In this document: positions 17,032 to 26,959 of the stretch, one piece after another
Layout: every line of letters begins with the position of its first letter
Position numbering within the stretch: the stretch's first letter is position 1
Position numbers and translations under genes: made by a program
From: Candidatus Altimarinota bacterium
GTDB lineage: Bacteria > Patescibacteriota > Gracilibacteria > 1-14-2-50-48-13
NCBI GenBank assembly: GCA_046314355.1
Contig: JBKBWQ010000001.1
Location: 32,001-96,000 of the forward strand
Reading direction: 5' to 3'
DNA: 64,000 nucleotides
The notes under the pieces: generated by a model
The model's input: only the letters and a program-made list of their open reading frames with translations
Databases searched by the model: none
What the model was told of the DNA's origin: nothing

Positions 17032-20000
17032 ATGAACATACAAAGAATCTTCGTAGGACTCTTAGTTGGTCTGACCTTTGTTGCAATATCAGTCACAGAT
17101 ATTACGCAATTATTTAACGGTGTTAGTCTTACAAGAGCAGCTGCTCCTGGTGAAACAATCATTATTCCTAATAATGGTCAAAACCACTCTATTATCTATG
17201 AAAATTCCATTGCGTTTGATAGTAATGGTTTTGCAGGTATAGCAGTAAAAAATAGGCAGACAGAAGGAATGCAGTACATACATTGTCAGGACATGGACTG
17301 TAGTTCTAAGAGTGTAGTGACAGTAGATAATACCAATAATACAGGAATAACTAATTCTGTTGCTATTGGATCTGATAATTTTGCAAGGCTGGTATATGAC
17401 GAGAATCCAGGAGGAATTATCAGGTTTGCCCGCTGTTTAAATATAAGCTGCAGCAGTAAGACAATTACAAATATCGGGTCCGGCTATCCTAATAAAACTC
17501 AAATCTATATGGGAGCGGACGGATATGCACGAATTGTTTATGATAATGGAGATATATACTTTGTGCAGTGTACTTCTGATGACTGCAGTACACGTACTAC
17601 GGTAAGTGTAGGTACAGGATCATCCCCTTCATTTGTATTGAAAAGCAATAATTACGCTCAGATTACATTTCAAAGTAATACTAGTGAACTAACATTTGTG
17701 AACTGTTATTCATCTAACTGCGGTTCAAAGGATGTGAGTGTTGTAGATACAAGTGCAGATAATATTTCAATTAGTCATGGAGGTGATGGTAAGGCTATAA
17801 TTAGTTATAGAAAAACAGGAGGAGCAAATGATCTCATGTTCGCACGTTGTACTGAAGATTCTTGTTATACTCCGCAAATAGTCACCATTGATAGTGCTAA
17901 TAGTGTAGGTAATATGAGTAAAATAGGAAAAGGATTTGATGGATATGCACGTATTTCATATTTAGATTCCACAACAGGTTTAATAAAATATGCCGCATGT
18001 AGAGATTTTACTTGTACTACGACAAACATTATTTCCATTAATACGCCAAATACTAATCCTACGCTCTTTCAGGGGATGGCAGTAGCTCCGGATGGCTTCT
18101 CTCGAATCGTGGGGTATTCCTTTGGAAGCTCAGGAGGAAATCTTGTGAATTATATTAGATGCTTTAATAGTACATGCAGCGCCAATGATGATCCTTTAGC
18201 ACCTACAGATTTGTTTAGTAATAACACTCCTCCGGGTGCTCAGGGAGGGGAGATAAATCCTGAAGATTTACATAGCGGAAATATATCTTTTTCAGCAGTG
18301 TATCATGACCCAGATGGAGATAATGGAAATAAATATCAGCTCCAAATCTCTACTGAACAACAGTTTGCTACAACGTTCTACGACAGTGGCGTAGCTGGTA
18401 CAAATATGACTAATGTCGCCGATGGAGCGAGAACAGTGAATATTACTCCGGCTATAGGTTATGCTGCGAACAAGACTTATTACTGGAGAATCCGTTTCTG
18501 GGATGTAAATGGAAATATTGGATTTTACAGTGACAGGCAGTTTTTTACAATACCAGATACTACTTCCCCATACCAACAGGGATTACCTAGTAGTTTGCGA
18601 GGTGCTGTCCAAGCGAGTGGTGCCGTTGATGCTGATGGATTTATGCGGTATGTCGCCTATGATCAATCTCTTGGCGGCTATGCCCATGTGCTATGTACTA
18701 ATGCACTTTGTAATAACCCTACCGTTACTCTTATCAATGCTCCATCAGAGCAGGGAGGACAAAGCGTCAATATACTTGTAGGATCCGATAATCTTTCAAG
18801 GATTGTCTATAATGGTCTTGGTTCTGGACCTTCTACTATTGAATATGTCCAGTGTTACTCTCCTGATTGTTCAAGCAATGCAGCGCATACTTTTCTAAAC
18901 CATGCCACGCAGCTGAGGTTTGCCCTAGATAGCAATGATATGCCTAGGATACTTGCTGGTAGTACTCAAAATGGCACTTTAAAATTTATCGAATGTACAG
19001 CTCAGGATTGTTCTTCTTCTAACATTACAACCCTTCCAGGCATTGCATTGAGTTTTTCAAATTATATGACTTTGGGTCTAGTAATGGGACTGGATGATTT
19101 TGGAAGAATAGTATATGGGGAAGATAATGCTACCTCAAAACCTTACTTTATCCAATGTCTTAATAGTGAGTGTAGTCAGCAGAACACAACAGAACTCGAG
19201 AGTAATAATTTTGAGTTTTATAATCTAACTATGGATATTGGAGATGACGGATTTGCGAAGATTATGATCCCAAACTACTCCGCTCATGAACTCTATTATT
19301 ATTCTTGCAGCTCAGATGATTGTAGTACAAATACCAAATATAACTTAGGAAGCATTACAAATCTTCTAGGGTTTGATATAGGTTCCAATGGCTTTCCGAG
19401 ATACACTCTTTTTAACGGAAGTGAGCTCACGTACAATGTATGTACGGGCAGCGGTTGTGTGACTCCTCAAACCATATCAGTAGCAAATATACCTTTTGCA
19501 AGTGGAGGTATGCAGCTTGATCTTAATGATAAACCTCATTTCTGGTTTTTAGATTCTTCACTTGAATTCCAGCATCTATATTGTACAAGCTCTACCTGCA
19601 GTACAAATGCTGCGCCATCATCACCAAGCGGTCTTTATGCGAATATAGTTGTTGAAACTGCGCAGAGTGGTCGTACGGATCCTAATGATCTTTCTTCCAA
19701 TCAGATCGTATTTAGTGCTGTATATAATGATCCTGATTCCACTGATACTGCTTCAAAATACCAGCTGCAGATTGCAGACGACAATATGATGACAAATATT
19801 ATTTATGACTCTAGTGAGGCTGATCTTGGTTTATCCCTTGCGGTAGGAGAACGTGTGCCAGACATTATTACTACTTATACATTTCAGGAAGGACAACAGT
19901 ATTACTGGAGGATAAAATTTTATGACAATACTGGTACAGAAGGTGCGTATTCTAGTATATCTTCTTTTGCATATGTAGATTTGATAAGCCCTTTTGCCTC

Positions 20001-22320
20001 AAGCGTCCCTCCGGATGCGGATACCCTTGTTGCAATTGATTCAAATGTTACACTCTTGTTTGAGGATGCCGAGACGGGAGTAGACAGTGCTACTATTGAT
20101 GTTTCCATAGCAGGAGTAGACGCGGTTCTAGATGGTATCTGTCAGCCAGGATATAACTGCAGCATTACTGCTCAGAATACCGGATATCAAGTATCTATCA
20201 ATCCTGATAGTAATTTTGCACCGAATTCGACAATAACTGTAGACTTTAGTGTTTCGGATAATGCAGCAGTACCAAATGTGATGACCAATGGGCAAATCTC
20301 TTTTTCAACAGCAGGCACACCCGACACCTCTGCCCCTGTTGTTGGAGCACAACTACCCGCTGTAAATGCTATAAATGTAGTGCCGTCTACTCCTATAAGT
20401 TTTGAAGTAACGGATATAGGAGGGGTGGATCAGACTTCCATAGAAGTTCAGATTACCTCTACTGCAGCAGTGACTGCAGGTGTTTGTCAAAGCGGATTTA
20501 CTTGTGAGATCGTACCAATCACCAATGGATATAAGGTAACAATTCAGCCTGCTAGCTCTTTTGCAAATGCCCAGACAGTCAGTGTATCATATGATGTTGC
20601 AGACCTTGCATCGTCTCCGAATACTTTTTCAGGCACTTGGTCATTTACAACAAGTAGTCCTGCACCGATAATTCCTGGCGCAAGCACAGGCAACGGAGGC
20701 GGGGGAGGCTCTAGCTCAGCTCCATCTACACCTTCGGAGCCTAGTAATCCAAATCAAAATACGATTACTCCTTCTGACAACCAAAATAGTAATGCAGTTG
20801 CCAATGTAAATAATAATTCAGCTCTGCAGAATACGAATACGAATCAGTCGAATCAGCAGGTGAATAGCAATTCAAATACTTCAAATACGAATTCCAATAT
20901 TGTAAATGTGAACAGCAATGCTTTAAGTGAAAACATAAACCAGAATACACCTCAGGCATCAAATTCAAATGCAGTTTCTAATGTAAATCAGAATGGAAGT
21001 TCACAAGTAAATCAAAATACTGCTCAGCCTTCTGGATCTACTATAGTTAATAATACCCGTAGTTCTGGAGTGTCTTTCAATGGTGAGACTAATTTTGATA
21101 CTATTCCTTCGAGTACAAATACTAGTACAGTCTCTCTTTCTCCTGACTTCATTGGTGTGGCTACGCATACTTCGGCTCCTTTAGTGCCAGTGACTACTAC
21201 AGAGCAGGTTCCTTCTACATTTATTCCTGTTGAAGAGAGTACTGTGGCAGCATCTCTTAAAAAAGATTCAGATGGAGACGGAGTAAGTGATGATGATGAG
21301 AGATTATTATTTGGTACTGATCCTCTACATGCGGATACAATGTCTGAAAAGAGTACTGTCTACATAGCGAATCTGCCTGATAATACAGTCATGAACGAGA
21401 CTGCTCCTGCAGTATTGGGATCTACAAAACCAAATCACACAGTACAGTTGTATGAGGTTCTTGCCGATGGAGAAAAGCGTCTCTTAGGAAAAACTCAGAG
21501 TGATAGTAAAGGAATCTATAAAGTGAAACCTGAAACTGCACTCTCAGAGGGAATGCATATTCTCCAAGTAGGAGTCACAAATGAAAATGGAGCAGAAATA
21601 GAAAGTATAACAAAAAAGATTATTGTTGATACCGTCTCTCACGTTGACTTACCAGTACTGAAAAGTGTTTGTGCGCAGGCAGGTTTTATCAAAATTAAAG
21701 GACAAAGTTCTTCAGGTACAGTGATCCAGGCAATATTTGAGAGTCCTATACAGACAGCGCTTATCAAAGTAGAACAATCAGATGGAACATTTACAATGAG
21801 TTCTCCTGCGGCTTATGAAAAAGGTACCTATACGGTCACTGTAAATGCCATGGATGCATCTGGAAAGCGTTCTAAAGATGTAATTGTACAGATTAATATC
21901 GGAGATGATGACTCTTGCATGCAGTCACATCAGTCTATTCATGCAGCTGCTGATGAGGGTTCTTCAGGAGGAGTGCTTAAGTTCCTTCTGCTTCTATCTT
22001 TAGTAATGATCATTGCAGGTATCTTTATATTCACTCAGGATACTGTGGTTTATAAATTATCTGAGGCTGAGTTAAAGCACGTTCTTGCCACTGGTGAGTA
22101 TACTGTTGCCAACGAGCCATTTACGTTGTTCTCTCCTAGATTTATAGGATTTCTCAACATGTATGATAAAGGAAAAACGGCTTTTGGAAGAATCACGAAA
22201 CGTGAAAATCATGGAAGTACGGCAATATATCATTTCAGCATTTTAGAAAATACTTCGTATAAGGGGAAAACAGTTGTTGACGGATCATATATTTCTTCCC
22301 GCAATTTCAGACATATGTAG
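17032..22320 (+). CDS. Large secreted/membrane-anchored surface protein (Cys-pair repeats, Ig/FnIII-like domains, N/S/Q-rich linker)
   Basis: N-terminal hydrophobic segment; repeated G..RI.Y...Y..C....C units; duplicated FSAVY.DPD...KYQLQI...YYWRI domain; DSDGDGVSD...GTDP Ca-binding-like motif; near-C-terminal TM. Confidence 0.85.
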   Translation: MNIQRIFVGLLVGLTFVAISVTDITQLFNGVSLTRAAAPGETIIIPNNGQNHSIIYENSIAFDSNGFAGIAVKNRQTEGMQYIHCQDMDCSSKSVVTVDNTNNTGITNSVAIGSDNFARLVYDENPGGIIRFARCLNISCSSKTITNIGSGYPNKTQIYMGADGYARIVYDNGDIYFVQCTSDDCSTRTTVSVGTGSSPSFVLKSNNYAQITFQSNTSELTFVNCYSSNCGSKDVSVVDTSADNISISHGGDGKAIISYRKTGGANDLMFARCTEDSCYTPQIVTIDSANSVGNMSKIGKGFDGYARISYLDSTTGLIKYAACRDFTCTTTNIISINTPNTNPTLFQGMAVAPDGFSRIVGYSFGSSGGNLVNYIRCFNSTCSANDDPLAPTDLFSNNTPPGAQGGEINPEDLHSGNISFSAVYHDPDGDNGNKYQLQISTEQQFATTFYDSGVAGTNMTNVADGARTVNITPAIGYAANKTYYWRIRFWDVNGNIGFYSDRQFFTIPDTTSPYQQGLPSSLRGAVQASGAVDADGFMRYVAYDQSLGGYAHVLCTNALCNNPTVTLINAPSEQGGQSVNILVGSDNLSRIVYNGLGSGPSTIEYVQCYSPDCSSNAAHTFLNHATQLRFALDSNDMPRILAGSTQNGTLKFIECTAQDCSSSNITTLPGIALSFSNYMTLGLVMGLDDFGRIVYGEDNATSKPYFIQCLNSECSQQNTTELESNNFEFYNLTMDIGDDGFAKIMIPNYSAHELYYYSCSSDDCSTNTKYNLGSITNLLGFDIGSNGFPRYTLFNGSELTYNVCTGSGCVTPQTISVANIPFASGGMQLDLNDKPHFWFLDSSLEFQHLYCTSSTCSTNAAPSSPSGLYANIVVETAQSGRTDPNDLSSNQIVFSAVYNDPDSTDTASKYQLQIADDNMMTNIIYDSSEADLGLSLAVGERVPDIITTYTFQEGQQYYWRIKFYDNTGTEGAYSSISSFAYVDLISPFASSVPPDADTLVAIDSNVTLLFEDAETGVDSATIDVSIAGVDAVLDGICQPGYNCSITAQNTGYQVSINPDSNFAPNSTITVDFSVSDNAAVPNVMTNGQISFSTAGTPDTSAPVVGAQLPAVNAINVVPSTPISFEVTDIGGVDQTSIEVQITSTAAVTAGVCQSGFTCEIVPITNGYKVTIQPASSFANAQTVSVSYDVADLASSPNTFSGTWSFTTSSPAPIIPGASTGNGGGGGSSSAPSTPSEPSNPNQNTITPSDNQNSNAVANVNNNSALQNTNTNQSNQQVNSNSNTSNTNSNIVNVNSNALSENINQNTPQASNSNAVSNVNQNGSSQVNQNTAQPSGSTIVNNTRSSGVSFNGETNFDTIPSSTNTSTVSLSPDFIGVATHTSAPLVPVTTTEQVPSTFIPVEESTVAASLKKDSDGDGVSDDDERLLFGTDPLHADTMSEKSTVYIANLPDNTVMNETAPAVLGSTKPNHTVQLYEVLADGEKRLLGKTQSDSKGIYKVKPETALSEGMHILQVGVTNENGAEIESITKKIIVDTVSHVDLPVLKSVCAQAGFIKIKGQSSSGTVIQAIFESPIQTALIKVEQSDGTFTMSSPAAYEKGTYTVTVNAMDASGKRSKDVIVQINIGDDDSCMQSHQSIHAAADEGSSGGVLKFLLLLSLVMIIAGIFIFTQDTVVYKLSEAELKHVLATGEYTVANEPFTLFSPRFIGFLNMYDKGKTAFGRITKRENHGSTAIYHFSILENTSYKGKTVVDGSYISSRNFRHM

Positions 22321-22335
22321 CGCTGTTTCGTAAGG

Positions 22336-22376
22336 ATAAAAGCCTTTCTCATATACCTTAAGAGAAAGGCTTTTAT
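22336..22376. terminator. Intrinsic terminator
   Basis: ATAAAAGCCTTTCTC...GAGAAAGGCTTTTAT. Confidence 0.8.
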
Positions 22377-22393
22377 AAAAATACTTTTTTTTC

Positions 22394-22444
22394 TTGCCAA
22401 TGAAAACGAATGGTATGTATAATGGTGATGAAAATATTACCATT
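22394..22444 (+). promoter_or_regulatory. Promoter with overlapping inverted repeat (candidate operator)
   Basis: TTGCCA-18 bp-TATAAT; AATGGTGAT-N6-ATTACCATT at 22421-22444. Confidence 0.5.
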
Positions 22445-22461
22445 TTTCTTCCCAACTGCCT

Positions 22462-23094
22462 ATGATGATTTACACCTCAGCAAGACCCGTACAGACACAG
22501 ATGATTATAAAGACCACCTCAGACCGCGTTTACCGTTTTCTAAGGGACTATTTTAATACTACAGGATATGCTCCCACAGTAAGGCAAATCATGCGGTATA
22601 TGGGACTAGGTTCTACAAATAGTGTCTACAAACACCTTAAAAAACTTGAACGTGAAGGAAGGATTTCCCGTACGACTACTGGAAAGATTATCCTTGGAGA
22701 ATCAAGCAGCCAAGCTCTTCCATTTCTTGGAGGTATTAAGGCAGGATTTTCCGCACCCGCTGATGAAGCAGGAATGGACGTTCTTTCTCTTGATGAATTT
22801 ATGATTCATCATCCAGAGCGGACATTTCTTCTTACAGTCCGGGGAGATTCTATGCAGGATGCAGCAATTGTAGAAGGGGATTACGTTCTGGTTGAGAGAG
22901 GTGCCGCTCCTCACCATGGGCAGATTGTAGTGGCTGCTATCGATGGCGCATTTACCCTAAAGTACTTTATGAAGGATCAGGGAAAGACTTTTTTGAGAGC
23001 TGCTAATCCAAAGTATCCTGACTTTTATCCCTCTGAGGAGCTGCAGATTGTAGGAGTAGTGATTGGGGTTATGCGGAAGTGCTTTCGTTCATAA
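22462..23094 (+). CDS. LexA/UmuD-family S24 peptidase with N-terminal LexA-type wHTH
   Basis: GYAPTVRQI...S.NSVYKHLKKLE..G; Ala-Gly site IKAGF; catalytic VRGDSM and FTLK. Confidence 0.9.
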   Translation: MMIYTSARPVQTQMIIKTTSDRVYRFLRDYFNTTGYAPTVRQIMRYMGLGSTNSVYKHLKKLEREGRISRTTTGKIILGESSSQALPFLGGIKAGFSAPADEAGMDVLSLDEFMIHHPERTFLLTVRGDSMQDAAIVEGDYVLVERGAAPHHGQIVVAAIDGAFTLKYFMKDQGKTFLRAANPKYPDFYPSEELQIVGVVIGVMRKCFRS

Positions 23095-23106
23095 TATCCA
23101 TGTCTC

Positions 23107-24348
23107 ATGTATTCTGATACATCCAGCTGTATATTTCATGTAGATGCTGATTCTTTTTTTGCATCAGTTGCAAGAGCAAGGGATCCTTCTCTCTCAGATA
23201 AACCAGTCTGCGTGGTGGCAGGAGAGAGAGGGTGCGTCCTTGCTGCTACCTATGAAGCCAAGAAGCTCGGTATACATACAGCAATGCCCTATCACCAGGC
23301 AATAAAAATACTGCCACTATATAAAGCTTATTATGTACCTGCTCACTTCAGAGACTACGCACAATATTCTGATATGATGTTCCGAATACTCAGGGAGTAC
23401 TCTCCGCAGGTGGAAGAGACCTCTATAGATGAAGGGTATATGGATATGACTGGATGTGAAAAAATGCATGGAAAAAATTATTCTCAGATCGCTCAAATGA
23501 TACAAAGACGTATCAAACGTGACCTAGGGTTGCCGGTATCCTTTGGTATCGCATCCACAAGAATTCTGGCAAAAATAGCTTCAAAGAAATCCAAGCCCTT
23601 TGGAGTATTGAATATTTATCAGCAGAATATTAGAGAGTTTCTGGCAGGTACAACATATGAAGATGTACCTGGAATAGGAAGAAAAAGTCAGGCTCTTCTG
23701 ACGAGAAATGGTTTTCATACACCTCTGGAATTCTCGCTCACATATGAATCTATGTCACGCAGCCTCCTTGGGCAGCCCGGGACAGTACTTTGGAATGAGT
23801 TAAATGGACGATTGAGAACTCCAGTAGCTCTCAGTCATAGTATACCAAAATCACTGTCCAGAATAAGATCCTTCAAACTTACAAAGGATGTTTCATTTCT
23901 CAGATCAGAATTTATCCATCATGTACTGTTATGTACTTATAAGCTCCGTAAAAAAGGACTAGTTGCGAAACGTTTTTTATTTTATTTCAGAGATGCCAAT
24001 TATGAACGTCCAGGTAAAGAATATTCAGAAGAAATGCCGCATAATAGTGCTTTTAAATTTCTTAGTCGCTCTCTTCCAGATTTTCTACGTATCGCTGGGA
24101 GCGTAAATGCACGTTCTGTGGGAGTAGTATTTGTAGATCTCATACAAGACAAGGGAAGACAGCCCTCTCTTTTTGCTGAAGACAACCTTATCTTTAGACA
24201 AGAGGATTTTCTCAAGGCAGCAGACAAGATAAATGAAAAATTTGGGAAGTATACGGTGATCCCTGCATCGCTTGATGCTAAGATATTTTCAAGGGAGCCT
24301 TGGACGGTGGAGCTCTTGAGCGTGCCGTACCTTGGAGAAGTAAAATAG
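23107..24348 (+). CDS. Y-family DNA polymerase (DinB/UmuC-like)
   Basis: HVDADSFFAS, AATYEAK, SIDEGY, LAKIAS, VPGIG; clamp-binding QPSLF. Confidence 0.92.
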   Translation: MYSDTSSCIFHVDADSFFASVARARDPSLSDKPVCVVAGERGCVLAATYEAKKLGIHTAMPYHQAIKILPLYKAYYVPAHFRDYAQYSDMMFRILREYSPQVEETSIDEGYMDMTGCEKMHGKNYSQIAQMIQRRIKRDLGLPVSFGIASTRILAKIASKKSKPFGVLNIYQQNIREFLAGTTYEDVPGIGRKSQALLTRNGFHTPLEFSLTYESMSRSLLGQPGTVLWNELNGRLRTPVALSHSIPKSLSRIRSFKLTKDVSFLRSEFIHHVLLCTYKLRKKGLVAKRFLFYFRDANYERPGKEYSEEMPHNSAFKFLSRSLPDFLRIAGSVNARSVGVVFVDLIQDKGRQPSLFAEDNLIFRQEDFLKAADKINEKFGKYTVIPASLDAKIFSREPWTVELLSVPYLGEVK

Positions 24349-24350
24349 GC

Positions 24351-24594
24351 AAAAAAAACCAGCGAATTGATCATATATTCTATCGGCGTTAGGAACGAGT
24401 CGATATGTAGCTCTTAGAGCATGATGCTCTAAGGACAGTGAATATAGATAATTCTGCTGGTGCGGCACTCTTTTTAAAAGATTGTGCCAATATTCCTCTC
24501 TGAAAGGAAAAAAAGAGAGGATGAAGAATTTTTGTGTATGGATCAAAATAAATTGTCACGAGCAGGTTTTACCCTGCTCGTTCTAAGAAGATCC
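24351..24594 (-). ncRNA. Candidate structured ncRNA (~245 nt)
   Basis: Several nested stems, a minus-strand TTGACA-16-TAGTAT promoter at 24628-24601 and a U8 tract after the last stem; no credible ORF. Confidence 0.5.
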
Positions 24595-24708
24595 GAGGGA
24601 ATACTAGGACTTTTTTAAAAAATGTCAACTATTCTTGCCGTAGGTAGAAAAAATGGTAAAAATGTATAACGTATGTTACAATACTAAGATATATTTTCAT
24701 ACATACAT

Positions 24709-26895
24709 ATGGCATCTCTAGAGGAAACACTAAATGCAAAAAGACAGGCTGCTGAAGAGACTAAACAAAGTCTTCAGGAGACTTTAAAGATAAAACGTGC
24801 AGAAAAGATGAAAGAGCAGGAAGACAACTTGAGGATAGAAATTGCATCTTTGGAATCGCATATTCTTGAACTTAAAAAAGCAGTAGAAAAAAATGCTCTT
24901 CCAAGAGCTTCAGAAGATCTAGAGAAAGAAGTAAATGAAAAGAATGAAGGAGTGCTCACAATGAAAAATGAATTGAAAGAAGTCCTCAGCAGTATAAAAA
25001 AGTTGTATGAAGATAATCGTGATTTGCTCCCAAATTTAAAAAAACCTTCTGACCTGAGACATCATAAAGAGTATCAGAATACGGATGAAATCCAGAATCT
25101 TATGGAAACATACAATGGTTTCATAAGTAAAATTACAGAGAAGAAAGCTGTAAAAGAAAAACTTAGTGAAGCGAAAAAAATAGAAGAAACTTTACCAACT
25201 CGTGAAGAAGCAGAAAAAGATCTTTATGCACAGATTGAATTAGCAGAAACAGCAGTACTGCTTCTCAAAGAACAGCTTCCTGAAGAAAAAGTAAAAAAGC
25301 AGTCTGAGCTGGCAGCTCTTCTCGAGGATAAGGTGAGTGCTATGTCAAATTATCCGCAGCATATAATTAAAAATCTTAAGTTCTGGCAAGGTGCATCTCT
25401 AAAAGACATGGAACAAATGCTTCCGGAAGAATATTTTGTATACCTTGAAAAAGATGGGTACGGCAGGGATTTTGTCACTAATGCCATGAAAGAAGCAGTA
25501 CAAAATGTGATGAAAAAATATAATATTTCAAAAGAGATGGCTGAAACAAGGGCATTTATAGAGGAGACAGAATATACGGAGAAAGATAGAGAAATAATTA
25601 GCGAAAGAGGTAAAAAAATAATAAAAGAAATGGAAGAAGTAAATGATCTTCTAAAGGAAGAAATTAAAAAAAATAAAGTTGATACAGACTATAGTATGTC
25701 ATCTGACCCTATGACTACCTACTTCATTTCACTTGATCTCTTTAAAGGGTATATCAATAACTATAATGGCGGTACAAAGTCTTTTCTTGAACAAAAATTT
25801 CGTGAGCTGAAGGATATACTCTATGGCAATACTCAGCAGAATGTTCCTAAAAAAAGCAGTATAGAAAATACCTTCTCAGGATTAGAGAACTTGCTAAACG
25901 AAATAAAGACTGCACATGAGCAGAATAATAAAGAACATCCTTTATTTATAAAAAATGCTTTAAACGACGATAAAAATGTGACACGTAATTATTTACAAAA
26001 AGAATATGCATACTTAAATGAGAACTTTACTACACCGGCTCAAAGCACAAATTGGTATAAAGATGCCAGAGAAAAAGGAAAAAATAGACCTGCAATCCTT
26101 GCAGAAGTAGAAAAGATTGAACAAAACATTAATGGTTTTACAAATAAGATGGAAGATGAATTCTCCAAACTCCCTGAGTATCTTGATACTGCCAAAGAAC
26201 AAGACGAACTGGAACAAAAATTTGGGAAGGATCTAGTCTATGAGGAAAAGCAGCTTCAAGAGAGTCTACAGCATTCTAAAAAAGCTTTAGGAGAAATGAT
26301 AAAACTTCAAGAAACTTTGAAGGAGGTAAAGAATGTCAAAGTAAGGATTGGATCCTATGGTTTTGAAGTGGCAGATCCTGTCATCAGCTGGAATTTTGAT
26401 GAAGCTGAAAAAAAGGAAAGAGACTTGCAGCAGAATCGTCTGAAGATTGAACAGAGAAAAGTGTCTTTTTTTCAGAGAATCTTTGGAGGGGAAAAGAAAA
26501 AGGCTCTTGAGCTTCAGGAAGTGGATGCATCACTTGTAGAAATAAAAAATGAGAAAGAAGAAAGAACTAAAAAAATCACTAAAGAAAATAAGGAGAGAAA
26601 GAGAGTAAAGGAACTGATTGAGCCAATAAGTCAGTATGTGACTCCAGAATTTTTAAGAAGCAAACTACATAACTTAGATCTCAACGAGGCACACACCATT
26701 GATGAGATTATGAAGGCACTAGAAAATTTTTATACTGAAAAAGCTTCTGAGAATTTTGCCAGTGAAAAATCTGAGGCACTAAAAAAGCTGAATGGGATAA
26801 ATGAAGAGAAGAGACATATCAAAGAAGATCTAGATAACTATGAGCGTAGTAAAGAGTATTTAGAATTTGAATATGCAGTAAAAAGAATGTATTAA
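24709..26895 (+). CDS. Large E/K-rich coiled-coil hypothetical protein (728 aa)
   Basis: Long ORF with heptad-like charged composition; no catalytic motif recognised. Confidence 0.8.
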   Translation: MASLEETLNAKRQAAEETKQSLQETLKIKRAEKMKEQEDNLRIEIASLESHILELKKAVEKNALPRASEDLEKEVNEKNEGVLTMKNELKEVLSSIKKLYEDNRDLLPNLKKPSDLRHHKEYQNTDEIQNLMETYNGFISKITEKKAVKEKLSEAKKIEETLPTREEAEKDLYAQIELAETAVLLLKEQLPEEKVKKQSELAALLEDKVSAMSNYPQHIIKNLKFWQGASLKDMEQMLPEEYFVYLEKDGYGRDFVTNAMKEAVQNVMKKYNISKEMAETRAFIEETEYTEKDREIISERGKKIIKEMEEVNDLLKEEIKKNKVDTDYSMSSDPMTTYFISLDLFKGYINNYNGGTKSFLEQKFRELKDILYGNTQQNVPKKSSIENTFSGLENLLNEIKTAHEQNNKEHPLFIKNALNDDKNVTRNYLQKEYAYLNENFTTPAQSTNWYKDAREKGKNRPAILAEVEKIEQNINGFTNKMEDEFSKLPEYLDTAKEQDELEQKFGKDLVYEEKQLQESLQHSKKALGEMIKLQETLKEVKNVKVRIGSYGFEVADPVISWNFDEAEKKERDLQQNRLKIEQRKVSFFQRIFGGEKKKALELQEVDASLVEIKNEKEERTKKITKENKERKRVKELIEPISQYVTPEFLRSKLHNLDLNEAHTIDEIMKALENFYTEKASENFASEKSEALKKLNGINEEKRHIKEDLDNYERSKEYLEFEYAVKRMY

Positions 26896-26959
26896 TCTGA
26901 TAGTAGTCAGAATATGAAAAAAGGTATACACTAAAACCACTAGTCTATATCTTTTTCAT

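Noticed and set aside
20690-21250. DNA-level tandem repeat or diversity-generating target in the Asn-rich stalk
   Set aside because: Low complexity is at the protein level with varied codons; no template/variable repeat pair or reverse transcriptase seen
24289-24546. 85-aa minus-strand ORF over the candidate ncRNA
   Set aside because: TTG start, atypical composition, overlaps the polymerase gene; stems explain the sequence better
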